A stretch of DNA of 64,000 nt from Phallusia mammillata (lineage: Eukaryota), in contig OZ281495.1 of assembly GCA_965637545.1 (NCBI GenBank), positions 24,056,001 through 24,120,000 of the forward strand, read 5' to 3'. Position 1 is the first letter of the stretch. Each line of letters begins with the position of its first letter. The position numbers and the translations under genes were made by a program. The notes beneath the pieces are model-generated. The model worked only from the letters and a program-made list of their open reading frames with translations. It did not search any database and had not been told where the DNA came from. Positions 12,824-25,753 of this stretch are shown here, in pieces.

Positions 12824-15800
12824 CTAGAATCAGTCAACAGGCTTAGAGAACGCCTATGGGCCGAGTGCTGCAAAAAACATGACACGATCACGTTAAAACC
12901 ATGTCACGTTTAAATCTCTCACGAAACAACCTTCAAAGCACATTTAAATCGCAAAAACTCCACGCCCTGCTGCAATATACTACTGACACACAAAAAAGAT
13001 ACTGAACGTGAAAAGCTTTGTGGTGCAGTTTTCAAGATAATGGCCTGGTGCCCCGAGCTATACCACCAAAATTGGTCGGGCACTTCAAAATATTGAACTT
13101 GTTACAAAATGCCTGTGCGCTAAGCTTCAAACTAGTAAAGTACATCCACACTTGGGGCAATACTGTTTTGTCTCAATCATCAACTCAAGTACCGCAATCA
13201 AAGGATTTCAAACGTCGCAGACATTCTTTATAAAATGAGCGGGAACGCCCGAATGACACGGACAAGAGTCGCGACTTTGGATGATACCGCATGGAAATCG
13301 CCTAAACACGCATCCGCAATTTTTCTAAATCACTTAACTGTCGCTTGCGGTAATTGACGTCATTAAGCACCGGCCTACGCAGTCCGAGTTTATTTGGCCT
13401 CGACGGTGGACGTTTGATGGTAAGCACCGCGTAATGATACGTCAGCGAGGATTTCAAGTTCAATTTTCGATTAAGCCTCGCTAATTCGTCCACCACTCGA
13501 CGTGTCCACCGTAAACAGCGGCTATTTCGGCTACTTTGCAGGTAAACACAAGCGGTGACGCATTTACGCGATGGTCAAGTCGCCTGACCTAAACAACACA
13601 CGGCGCACGTCAGCGCTCGAAACTGTTGTGCCGTGCTGTGCAGAAGGAAGCACATGGTACAATCCATTATCGTTGACTCGATCGAAAAGGTCCTTGGAGG
13701 GCATTAACTTTTGCCCTGTGGGACACAAGCATGGCTGTTTTACAAAGTGTCAGGTGTCGGCAACAGACGTCGTTTGTCAACTAAAGTTTTAGGGGCAAAA
13801 GCGTTACCCAACATAAAACATACTTGTCGGCACTTTACAAACTCGATGCCAACGCCAAATATACACACTATCTATTGAAACTGGTTAAACATTGTAATCA
13901 ACTGTAACTCTAAAAAACTTTCCCACCCAATCACATTTGCAATGTGTTTGTATCTAAAACACGTAAACGACATCTGTGTTTATTATTAATACATACAACG
14001 CTATAAGTAACCTCTCAATCACAATATCAATCCATACATCTGGATTCTGATCTCGCATTGATAAATAATGACTATAGCGGTCATTGAGCCAAGTTCGCAC
14101 CCACCAGGCACGCTAACAGCTCACAATTATTTTTTTGCCTTGCGTGCGCTCGCGTCTGTCATTAATCAAGGCGCGGGTCAAAGTCTGTCGTGTCGCGTAC
14201 CTCCAGTCAAAATTACAACTCTTCAGCACGGTAGCAACACCACAAAAATCTCGCCTCGCCCTTGATTCCAGATGGAACAAAATACTCGCGACAATCACAG
14301 CCGTCGCGCGACCTCGCTACAATCGGTTAGAGCAGGTATAATTTAACTTTTGACTTCGGTAAGAATCGGTTTAATTTAAGTTCACCGCATCCGTTTGCAA
14401 ATCAGTTCGAGGCCATCGCCTGAACACGAACCTCCCTGGCGCGAAGCCTTGGGAATTCGGAATGGAATCCCAATGGCCTTCGTCCACGCAGCAAATCGGA
14501 TTTTTAAACATCCCAATGCGAATTACAAGCGACGGGACATTGGCCCTATTTGCACTTGCGCTGCATGCGGCATTCGGCAAACGCTTCAGACACGTTATAA
14601 GATTTTTCATGTTTTTCTGTTTTAAAGCCTGCGGGCAAAGCAACCACATTGACAATGTTTTGCCACAGTCGAGATAATATGACGCACAACGCCTTGTCAC
14701 TCTCTCCCATCAACGTACGTTCGTCACAAACGCACCGAATGACCTCATTGCCTTCCTACATGACAGTAACAAGCAGCCAATTACAAACGTCAACGCTCGG
14801 GCTGTCATATCACGAGATGCAAATCCACTTGCTACGTTCACGTTGCGACAATAACAACACGTTGCAGCGGACGACTGGACCAACGGGGGTTATAACAGTG
14901 GCAACCTGACAGACTTCCAAGTTAATCCGCTTGAATGTTGACACCTTCGCTTTTCACCAAACCCGGCGCCGTGGGAACACCTAACGATCACAATGCCCCC
15001 TGCGCCGCCCTGTTCCAACAAATAATATTGGGTTAAGTGCCAGTTATCTGCTATTTGCCATCTCGTTCTCGGCACTTACACCTCTGATCGTTCGATATTC
15101 GGGAAGAGAACTGCGTTAAATTCACCGCACTGACATTTTGCACTCGATTTTATCAATAGCGTTTCGGCAAGTGAAAGCGATTTTACAAGTATCTACCTTT
15201 TCTGAGGGGACACGCAGATATATATTTTTGAATTGCGCTCTATTCAAATCAAGGCATTGTGTCTCAATAGTCGCTTAGCATATCAAATCCAAAATAGCTC
15301 TGACGCTATCTGCGAACACCAGGCTGTTGATTTAATTCTGTAAATGATAGATTTAAGATCGATCGATTCTGGCACAAATAATACCGACAATTGCGTCTGC
15401 TTAATAATCAATTCCTAAAGCATTTCTAATCGTCCTAATCGAACCTGGCCCAATTACCAATCACCATCGACTTTTACACAGCGCAAATAGCAAACAGAGG
15501 TAATCGCAATTAGGAAGTCATGACATCGATTTTAACATGAACGCAGCTCGCCTGTACAACTTAATATCTTTAAACGTAAACTAATCTACGGTGCTAAAGG
15601 CGAACGTCCTATGGTACGCTTGTGCTCTTCGCTGCAAACTGTTCTTGCCGCGGTACCACCTAGACTGAATATGTTTTCCGTTATCGTTACTACCGTATGC
15701 CGACATAACCGCAACAACACACTACGACGAGTTGGCTCTGGCGCAATTAAAATTCAAGCCTCGCAATTACACGTTGATTGTGCCAGGCCGTCGCGGCCCA

Positions 15801-18800
15801 GGACGGCAGGCAGCACCCTTGACCGCCAAACGTCCGAGTTACAACAAGAGTCCAGTTTGCGGACAAATATCGGGTATCGGAAATTCTTGTATCGTGGTAG
15901 GTGTTGATCATGAGTGACACCCAAAAATAGCGGGCCGGGCTAAATTTACAAGGTCACACGTCCACGAGGTAATTGAGGGATCTGAGAAGGCGTGTGAACC
16001 TACGCCCTTAACTTTCAATTCGCCAGATGTTTTTCAGCCTATCCTGTTCAACGCAGTGGGTGATCCAGAATTGACAGCGACTGGTCGAAGCATGCGCTAC
16101 AAACGAAATGTTAAACGTCTGAGGGTCACGCTGCCTTTACAGCTTCGCCACAGTAAATAGTAGACAAAATTCAAATTGAGTAGCGATGGACACGAACGTA
16201 TATGGGTTGCCGGTGGCACGTTTAATTAACAACCGTCCGCGGCTACGTTCGTTTAGGAGCAACGTGCAATTTAAAAAAAAGAATTTCGTGATATACAGCA
16301 TAGATGCATTTGTAACATAGCGTTACAGACAATTACATTTACATTGTATAGCATAATAATTAGGACAATTAGAAAACAGACAGCTACGCATTTGTTTCTG
16401 ACGCAATAAACATAAACCGTAATTGTCTAACCCACCTTTTCTTACTTTTGCTCAATAACCAAACAATTAACAACCCTTGCGTGGAATAGCTTAACGATAA
16501 ACTGTCCTGGTGGTCAACCTACGCACTTATTACACACCTCACACGGATGGATAAAGCAATTTTCTCTGCAATCAGGCTCAAATTATTAATCCCTTTACCG
16601 TCTTCGCACATGTTAAATCGACCTAAACCAAGTCCGGTTTACCCGGGAAACGTAAACAGGCATTAACTATCGGTTTGACTATTAATTGCCGAAGAACGGA
16701 GCCAAATACAAGACTGGCCTCCGCGATCAAATTGATTAACAGCTGTTAACTGGATCGGAAGGTCAGATGGTTATTTCGCGCCTGATTGTCTGTTTGCTGA
16801 CTAATGAGATTGCCAAACGTTCGTGCCCTGTCAGCCAATCATCCTGCCGAAGTCCATCACGTGCAAAACACCCAGGCAATAACACCCACAGATAAAAAAC
16901 AAACAAATTGAAAGTAAGCATTCCCAAACAAGACTAAGATAGAAAATCCGCTTTTTTGCGTTTCATAAACTTCAACGTTTTGCAGTTAACCTATTTTCGA
17001 CTTCTTCTTTTATAATTGTGTCCCTATGTTTTCTTCCAATCAAAATATTCTTAACTCAAAGTAACTTGGGCTCTTACTTACTGAACTGGAGTCTGTCTTC
17101 ACCTAGGAAAAACACTCCTCTGAAAGTCTAACACAATATTCGTGCCTTTTGCGATGTGTCCGCTATGGGAATAGATTGAGACGACCACGGAGCGACTTCC
17201 GCAAAGTGTCGAGACGAGGTGTGCTCTTTACGACTACAATCCACTTCAGAACGACAAGTTCAAGTCGGCGAATGCGACTGCGACCACCGCATCGCACATA
17301 TTTGTGGAGCATTGTGTTGTAGCCGGGGATCGGAATGTCATTCCATCATACTTAAACTGTACGCGAAGGCCAAAGCATACTGGCCGTCAGACTGGGGTGA
17401 CCTTAGAACGGCTTGGTGTGAATTTGCATGTCAAAGTCGGAACCATTAGTAAACGATTGCCGGACAGAGTACGACACCAGAAATGTAAACGTTAACTCGC
17501 TCAAACTCCCGCCTACGATGGTTTGCGCATGTTGGGCGTAATTGTTGTCATATACGTTAACGTGTGGGCTAAAACATGTTGCCCGACATATAATCCAAAT
17601 AAAGCACGAATTGCAATGTAGGTTATACATTGCTATTATTAAACGAACTGGGTCAAGGATTAAAATAAATAAAACGCCATACTTGTGCGACTGTATTGAC
17701 GTTAATCTAAGTTTCTTATTAATCAAACTAATTAGCCAACTCGATCTAACAAAAAATATATTTTTGATAAAATCAATAGAAAGAAAACTTAAAACATTTA
17801 GTTTACAAATAAATCGGTTAGATTTCTTTTAAATTTTTCTTTCACTTTGTGCTGCCAATGACTTTCAACTTAAATAATTCTAACAAATATATCATTTGGA
17901 CGAGAAACCGAAAAAAAACACAGGTATAGTTCAGTGTTTGTAAAGCACAGAAAAATAAGAAAATGTACAACATTTTTTGTTCTGGTAATACATCGTCAAT
18001 TACCAACGAATTTATCCAGACAGGACATGTAATCACTTAAAGGGGGCTCATTTGTTCGCAATGCCAATGTTCGCCCCGAAGCAATTGAATTTACGACACT
18101 TGAGAAGATGTCGACGACAACTGTCGGAACACTCGAAAGATACTAACCAAGTGCTTGAGCATTCTTAGCAGATGTCGCCCAGTCAAGAGGAAAGTCTTCG
18201 ATCTCCTTGTTTAGCGCGTAAAGTCAAAAAATGCGGTGCTGCAAATACACACATTTACTTAAATACACAAATTCTGACATTGGTGTCGTTTAGATTGTAA
18301 TAATAATAGATTACCTGTTTTTTCTGCTTTGATCCCTTCTATATCAATCAGTACGTTGATCCTTAATGCATCAGTGCATAAACAATTTGTGTTTTATTAC
18401 ACAGCCTGCCAATAAATGCAAACACATTATTCTATTTTACAACTTCACATTTTGGACTTCGAATCACACGTAAGACTTTAAAACTAAACTGGCTGACTGG
18501 ACGAAACTGCGTCGTCTTATGGACTCATGAACGGGATAAATTTACAAGTCCTGCTCGTATTCGTTCCTAGCACAGGCGCCACGCCCGTATTACAGCTCTT
18601 TAACTCAGATATTGTGATGGAATCTGGTGGAAACCAATCACGGTTTCGAATAATCCGTGATCAGGAACGCAAATAAACCTGTCACCTTATCCTGGCTTCT
18701 TACATTCAAGCAAAAAAAGCGTCCATGATTGGCCTTGGCGTAGCAACAAGCCGATTTATCTAAACAACGTCCGCTCGCCGATGCTGGCCCTGAACAGAGC

Positions 18801-21800
18801 GCAAACAAGCTGCTGATGTCACTAGATCAATCCCAAATCGAAGCAAACTTCACAGCAAGTTAAACAATTAGAGCGTAAAATCTATTCGCCAAGATCAGCG
18901 TGTGACACCGGATGATCAACAAGAAAAAGCGCATGACTTAACAATGCACAAACAGCGGCAGTCCAGCGATATACAAAGGCCTATAGAACGAACAAGCAAC
19001 GTCTTAAAAAATCTGTTACACAAGGTTCACAGTGGAAGTCATTTGTCAATGGAAGGTCGTTCCTTCCCGGTGTTCTTAAAGACGCGCTGGGCTGACGCGG
19101 GTCCGGAAAATAAGATATCCGCTATAGGTAGCTTTTCAAATTTACACGTTTGATAGTCGGCGATTAGCCCTGATCGATCGGGAAAATTGGGTGCCGTTTG
19201 TTAATCTCCCTCGATAATCGAATGTCAAAATAGCTTTAAACGGCGCAAGGCCTCAAACTGTAAGATTTCGAACCAAAAGTTTTACTACATGAAACTTAAT
19301 TGCATGCCATAATAGTTGTATTTTTCGTATTTTATTTACACTCATCGGTTGCAACAAGACTTATACTTCCATGGCACAAAAATAACATAACAGGCATTCA
19401 AATAAAGTGCAAACTAAACTGATCGCCAATTGGTAATTTTTTAACCTTCCGTAAGACATAATTAGATGCAAAGATAGGTACGTGAACCTTGTGCAAGTTA
19501 AACTTCAGCTCTGAACTGATTACGAAAGAAATCTGATCCACAATAACTACCTTGCTGCATTCCGTTACATCACCCTCTGTCGTGCAGTGTCACATCAACA
19601 CCCTGTATAGTTGTCTTGCAGCGTCCTGTGTAAGATACGGATATGCGCAACAGGCGTAATGACTTGACTGACAGGCTTTTGTATGCGAAATATATCTTCT
19701 CAATTTTCTGAGCCTGTGTTTTCAACCTCAACAAGTTATCCAAAAAACGGATCGATAACGCAAAGTGTTCGTCGTCAAATGATCGAGCACATTTTGAGTG
19801 GGGCGCATGTAAGCCCACTGACGTTGCGTATTGTTTGTGACGTCATTGACCAATCGAAGACACCTCCGCTCGGAAGAGCAGAGACTGGAAAGAGTCGCGT
19901 CACGACACGCCGCTCTGTCGCGATGTTGATTTAGTTCAGAAAGCGTGTATTTTACAAAACATGCCTTCAAATGCCCCGGTTTAATGCAAAAAGTGCCCTT
20001 ATTAGATGAACATTTTAACAAAGGGTCAAATGCTGACAAATGCTGTAATATTTGCAAGTGTTTGAGTTTTGCATCAGACGTTTGGAAAGTTCTGCGCCGC
20101 AGGCGTAAGTGGGCACACGCGAATCGCTTATTACTATAAGGATCTTGAAAACACCCACCTGTCCAAGCAACGGCACGTGCCATTGCTAATTGACGTCCAA
20201 TTACACTTTTCGGATTATTATCCTAAAGATTTCCTACTTTGGAAAAATTAGCCACAAAGCTGCCAATCACATTTGCGATCTTTATATGGTCACCATAAAC
20301 TTTATTGTTGACTTCTAACAATAATTGCCATACAGTGACCAAATTCACTTTGCTTGTCTATTACAACATGGAAAAAATTCAAACCTACTTTTCACATCGT
20401 TATGAATTATGCAATGTACTTACAAATTTGTCTACCTGCCATTGGTAAAATCTAACCAACTTATAAAAACAAATCTATTTATAACTAGCGCTCTGTTTCA
20501 GAACAAAGCAACTGACTCCCTGAGCATGTCGGTGACCAGCGTTTGACCTGCTAATACTATTCAAATTTACGCCTCGAAATATCTTAATAACGAACAGTTT
20601 CGCGACAGCTGCTCCAAGTTTGCGAAACGCCTCCAAAGGGCGATTGTCAATAACAACGACAAACGGATGACGACATTTATCATAATTCAAAGGAATCAGT
20701 CATATTCGCTTTAGACCGCAAGCACCACTGTTAGAGACGTTGCTTACCAACGCGCAATCAATAACGCAGGCTAATAGGAACAAGGCCCTTGAAACTGCCG
20801 TGTTACAACACTTATAGCTTAGGTGTGTTGTAATGAATGCATCCCACGTAGCTTTAAAAGCACAAACTGCAACCGACCACATCCGTCTGTTGAACTAATA
20901 ATAATTTTCCTGCACTCGGGAATAGAACTAGTGTCAACAAAGCACGGAAGTACGTCCAAGGTGGGCTAGGTCCGTATGTATATTTATGTATTTAAGGAAC
21001 ATAAATTAGTTGCTTATTCTTAACTGGCGTAAAACAATTCGTGTGCCGTTGTTTATATTAGATCCACCTACGTTTAATTAATCTTTTGGTGTTCACCGGT
21101 TTACGTTTTTGCGTTTGCGATCGATTTGTATTCACAATCTCACAATATATTTAAATTGTTAGTTTTGTAACAAATGTGTAAATCTCACTTATTGGGAAAG
21201 TTTTCCACAACATTGGACTAGCTCTGCGCTTTTTAATCTGGGCGCATAGTGATCCCGATGGGTGCGCCTGTATTGATATAATCTGTGGCTAATCGAATTA
21301 CAAATAACCGCTGTCGGCCCTCTAGCGCCAGACGTGGTAATATCTCGTAGTAAAAGCAGTTTGGGGTAACCACCTATTTAGCAACTATGTTCTAAAGATG
21401 CAAGTTTATCCAAACCAATATTTCATCAAACAATGTATAAAAGCGGCAAATTAAGCACATAAGCTTATCGCAAGTGAAAAACAACGTCATACGTTCAGTT
21501 TGCAAAAAAAATCAACTGCCGCAACGAACCCATAAATTATACATTACAGAAAATCAGCAGGTAAAACGAAGTGGTTACGCAGATCAAACTTCTCTTATTC
21601 TTTTTCTTCTCACAACTAAGACGACCTCATAAAATTGTCCTGACAAGATTTTCCCTGAATTCTTCAAACGTCATAATGACTGCGTGAACAGTTTTAAGCG
21701 TCCTTGTGTCTTTCAAGTGTCGCCTTACCTTCGGCATATAATTTCGCTTTGTTGGCTTCTCTGAACACAATTCAAACATACACTTTCTCAACAGTCACTA

Positions 21801-22302
21801 TCTGAGGTTACCAGCATCAGCCATGCTACCCAGTTCGTACAGGCTTCAGTCTCAATCAGCAGGGTTGTAAACAGTCTTACAGGAGTTGTTTACTCACCAA
21901 AAGGGCAGGTTTGTTTTTTCGCTACAAATACACCTACGAAGTGACCGTGGCTTAGAGGGTTTGATTGATGGTCTGTGAAATGTACGAAGGGTTTACGACC
22001 GTCCAGTGCTGCCGTAAAAGCTGTGTTTGCTTGATGTTGCCAAATCAGTTGGCTAGCAAATTGCATGTCGCACTGTCCCGGGGCTGACTAGGCGCGCAAG
22101 AGGTCAACACCAGTGCCTTTATGGCGCTTTATACGACGACTGATAGCAGGCAATTTGTTGTTGTTAGCTCCCGCGCAATGAACTTGTGCCTTTATAATTT
22201 TATGACCAACAACATTAATATTAGCTTATATTGAGTCTTACTGTGCATTACATAGAAGTATAGGATTACAGGCGAACTGTTAGGCTTGTGAATGGTAAAA
22301 AC

Positions 22303-23481
22303 ATGGAGTCAGTTTGGAATTCTTTACGGAGTTGCTGCCAGGGGAGGCGTAAAGTTTCAAAATTAGACCATGGTAAGTGATTTGTTGTTCGATGTTCTGC
22401 CGTGTCGACGTCGATTAAACATTTTAACTTGTGTGCAGCCGAAAACCAAAGGCAAACAGCGAACCTTATCAAAGTCAACAGTCAGGATTCCGATGGTTCC
22501 ACGATACAGAATATAAACCAGTTACATGGAAACGGTCGGCAAATTACTGCACTACTTGACAACGCTGTTGCTGTTAGCAGTTCCGTTTCTTCTGACACTT
22601 ACATCAACTCTTCCTCGAGTAACAGCGTAAACCGCACTCCTGATGCATCAAAGAATCACGCGAGTGCAGCATTTACGCGTCTTATGGCTTGTTTTCCAAA
22701 ACGAACAAAATCAGACAAAAACAAATCCAAAAAATACAAAGCATCCGACAGGGAGGTATTTTTGCAAGGACAAAATAAACCGCGACCAAATGTTATGGGA
22801 AATCAACCGCCCTGCACAGAACAAACGGACGTGACGGGAACTGAGACTTGTGGTTTCAACTCTGTAGTACAGATTGACAGTTCAGCTTTACCACAACAGC
22901 ACGATTCAGTGGCAAACGACAGTAAAACGAAAAACACATGCATTCCTTCGAAGGGAGTTATTGCCGCCCAACGTTTATGCGCAACATCACTTGATGCTAA
23001 AGTCGACCGGGAAAGCTGTTGCACAGTTGACGGCGCAGCTTTTGACCTTTCCCAGGACAAAGACCATGGGGATATTTCCGACGTAGAGTCCTATTATTCT
23101 TGTGGATCAACCGGCAGCGTCATTTCATTGTGTAATCACGCAGAAATCGAACCAGGTCATCAAGTAATCAGCCACTGCCAGCATAAGCACCCCAGCGAAA
23201 TGAACGCGGGTAATCTGGGAAAAGGAGCCCGTGAAGCTACAATCGTGGAGGGTGAAGTTTTAGCTGCAAACGGACGAAAAAGAGAAAGCAAGCCTGAGGA
23301 CGATTGCTTGCAGGATGATGTTTTCGTGCCGGATCCAAAAGACAGAAATGGAAACAACTTTGCGTCTCTGAATTGGAGAAATGCCAAGCAACCCTCGTTC
23401 GGAGAACTAGAAAGAGATTTCGGGGCGTTTGTGCAGAAAACTAAATTAAAGAAGCAAAACAATTTCCGTACAACCAAATAA
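22303..23481 (+). CDS. Two-exon orphan, 370 aa, predicted largely disordered. Exon 22303-22372, intron 22373-22438, exon 22439-23481.
   Basis: Open second exon of 1043 nt. ATG at 22303 splices in frame through GTAAGT...TGCAG (70+1043=1113 nt), and AATAAA follows the stop. No recognisable folded domain. Confidence 0.75.
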
Positions 23482-23842
23482 TTGGTTTAAACAATGCTTT
23501 CTTTTACATTAAATCTACGTCGTATTTGTTGTATGGTGAATAAAAAAGCTTTTCTTGTACTGTTGGTACAAAATGTCCGTGAAGTGTAAAGATGATAAAA
23601 CGCTGGTGTCGCATGCAAAATATACTTGAATATGTTCCAAAATACGTTGTCGTCGATAAAGTTTCCTGTATATTTCTATTTCTGATTAAGATTTCATTCA
23701 TGACCAAAAAGAAAGTTTTTATTAAATGGAACTACATATCATTTATTTTCTACGTGTCTGGAACAATAATACTTATTTTGATATGATACTTACATAGAAC
23801 CTATAATGGTTTATATTGCATTGGGTTGTCCTACTATAAAAA

Positions 23843-23856
23843 ACACACACACACAC
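23843..23856. repeat. (AC)7 microsatellite
   Basis: Read directly from the sequence. Confidence 0.9.
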
Positions 23857-24295
23857 AAAACTTCGCTGTTGTAGGCTAAAAGTTTAATATAAATCTTAAG
23901 AAATTTATTGCAAAAAAAAGTTGAAAGTCAAGCAGCTTGAATGTTAAGGAAATTTTAGCAACCTTTCTCTCGAAAAAGAAAAGAAATCAACACCAAACAT
24001 TTGAAAAATGGTAACTTGCGAATTAGGAACTGTTAATATACTTTATTATTGGCATAAATATGCCAAGGCAAGAACAAAGTTAATGCTGCCTTGGTAAGGA
24101 ACAGTGAATGGTGGCCTTCTTAAAAGGGTCGAAAACTATACACTGTATTCACTATCAGGAATGTACCTCAATATCGGCTTTTAATTCGGTACCTCTTATG
24201 TATTATTTATATTATGTGTGATAGTAATTTTAAAGTGCAAGTCTCAATCACCAATACAAATCAAAGTAGTTAGCCCCAACCAAGACTCTTTAATG

Positions 24296-24592
24296 CAGTG
24301 GTTCTCAACTCGTTTTGGGCCATGGACCACCGGCCCAGTAAAAATAATATCATGGACCATTTCGTTTTTGAGCAAGATTGAAGTACGCATACAAAACAAC
24401 CATTTGGGTTTGAAACATACTTCTTTAAAACTAATTTTCAAGAAGTGAGATACATTTATTAACAGCTAGCATTTTGATACTCTTTCAACATGTAATATGT
24501 AATCATCTCTAGTTTATTACTAAATTTAGTGGACGTCCTGTGGGACCATCATCACCACTAGTGGTCCATTGACCACCAGTTGAGAACCACTG
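24296..24592. mobile_element. Non-autonomous hAT (Charlie-like) MITE, 297 bp
   Basis: TIRs CAGTGGTTCTCAAC / GTTGAGAACCACTG and a perfect 8-bp TSD CTTTAATG (24288-24295, 24593-24600). Confidence 0.92.
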
Positions 24593-25708
24593 CTTTAATG
24601 GCTCACATACGAAACCTAGTTATCGGTTGCAAGAAGAAATGGTTTGCTTACCGCCAGGTATCGCTGTTGAGACGCGTGAGAAAATTTACTTATGAATGGA
24701 CCATTAATCACATGGCTCAGTGACGTAACAAACATGCACTTGTTTTGGTCAGTAGTTGAAGTTGCAATTGTTGCTTATAATGGCTATTTCCTGTGTTTCG
24801 CTTTTGAAGTGTATGGAAAGTTGCAGAGTTACTGTTGTTTAGTTGCAGTGCTAAACGTTCACAGATCTGGAACTGGTGCATGGGGATTTGGGTCCTTCAG
24901 TAAGTAATCGACCGTATGTAATGCCGATGTTAATTGTTTTGAAAGCTTAAGCCGATTTGTAAGCACATGCAATATCGCTAAGTGGGTTAGCAAGCCTATC
25001 CAGATTTTCAACGCATTTTAGCAAGAAAAAGGCGATCATACGGTTCATAAGAATCATAAAGTCATAGCATGCTGTAAAGTGTAAACCGAACCTTATCGAA
25101 TTCAAACATAGTAAGCGTAGCGTTGTAAACAAAAACAATTTACACGCAAAATCGAGCCTTTCTCAATTGTTTTGTATTTCGCACAGGCAAAGGGAACTAT
25201 ATCAGTACATTTTGTCAATCTTAGGCCTAAGGTCGACGACAGAAACCAGATTTTTGTGGCTGTCTGTTGCGCAAGAGTGATAGAAAAGAGAGAGGGCGTG
25301 GAGATACAAATATCCCCGTTACCGAGGTAGAGTCGGCTACACTCAGAACACTTGAGGTGCGATCGACTACACAGCAGTGGGTAGTAGCACCGAAAGTGCG
25401 TCGAACATTGCCTTGTTTGCAAGAATTGTGTGCCGCATAGCCCCAGGTGAAGGTTAGAGTCTTAATTAGTGTTTGTATGTAACCGCAGGAGGTAAAGAAT
25501 ATGTCAACCAAAACTGAACAAATACTACTTTACGCTACGCAAGCTAATTGAAAACGCCAGAAATAACAAAACAGTTGCGAATTTCGAGAATAGTATGATG
25601 CTATCATAGTTCTTTACATCCGCTTTGGAATTTTGAGGAGGATTTCCAGTGATTGACAGGCCGAAATTTGTTTACAGGAATACTCCCCTCTGCAAGTGTG
25701 TGGGTGCA

Positions 25709-25736
25709 GTAGTTAGTTTAGAACTAGATCGGCTAG
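25709..25736 (+). promoter_or_regulatory. Cluster of Musashi-binding elements in the predicted Musashi 5'UTR
   Basis: GTAGTTAGTTTAGAACTAGATCGGCTAG: five UAG cores in 28 nt, ending 17 nt before the ATG. Confidence 0.5.
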
Positions 25737-25753
25737 AACACTGCCCGTTGAAA

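Noticed and set aside
16192-16253. ACGAACGTA...TACGTTCGT inverted repeat as a possible pre-miRNA
   Set aside because: Only 9+5 bp of interrupted pairing, too weak for a miRNA hairpin.
17175-17495. Open plus frame containing CALYDYNPLQND, like an SH3 start
   Set aside because: No ELSF or WW-type downstream SH3 motifs, no ATG and only a weak acceptor.
25671-25678. Acceptor upstream of the Musashi ATG as a spliced-leader trans-splice site
   Set aside because: A plausible cis donor (GAG/GTAAAG near 25491) exists upstream, so this cannot be decided from DNA.
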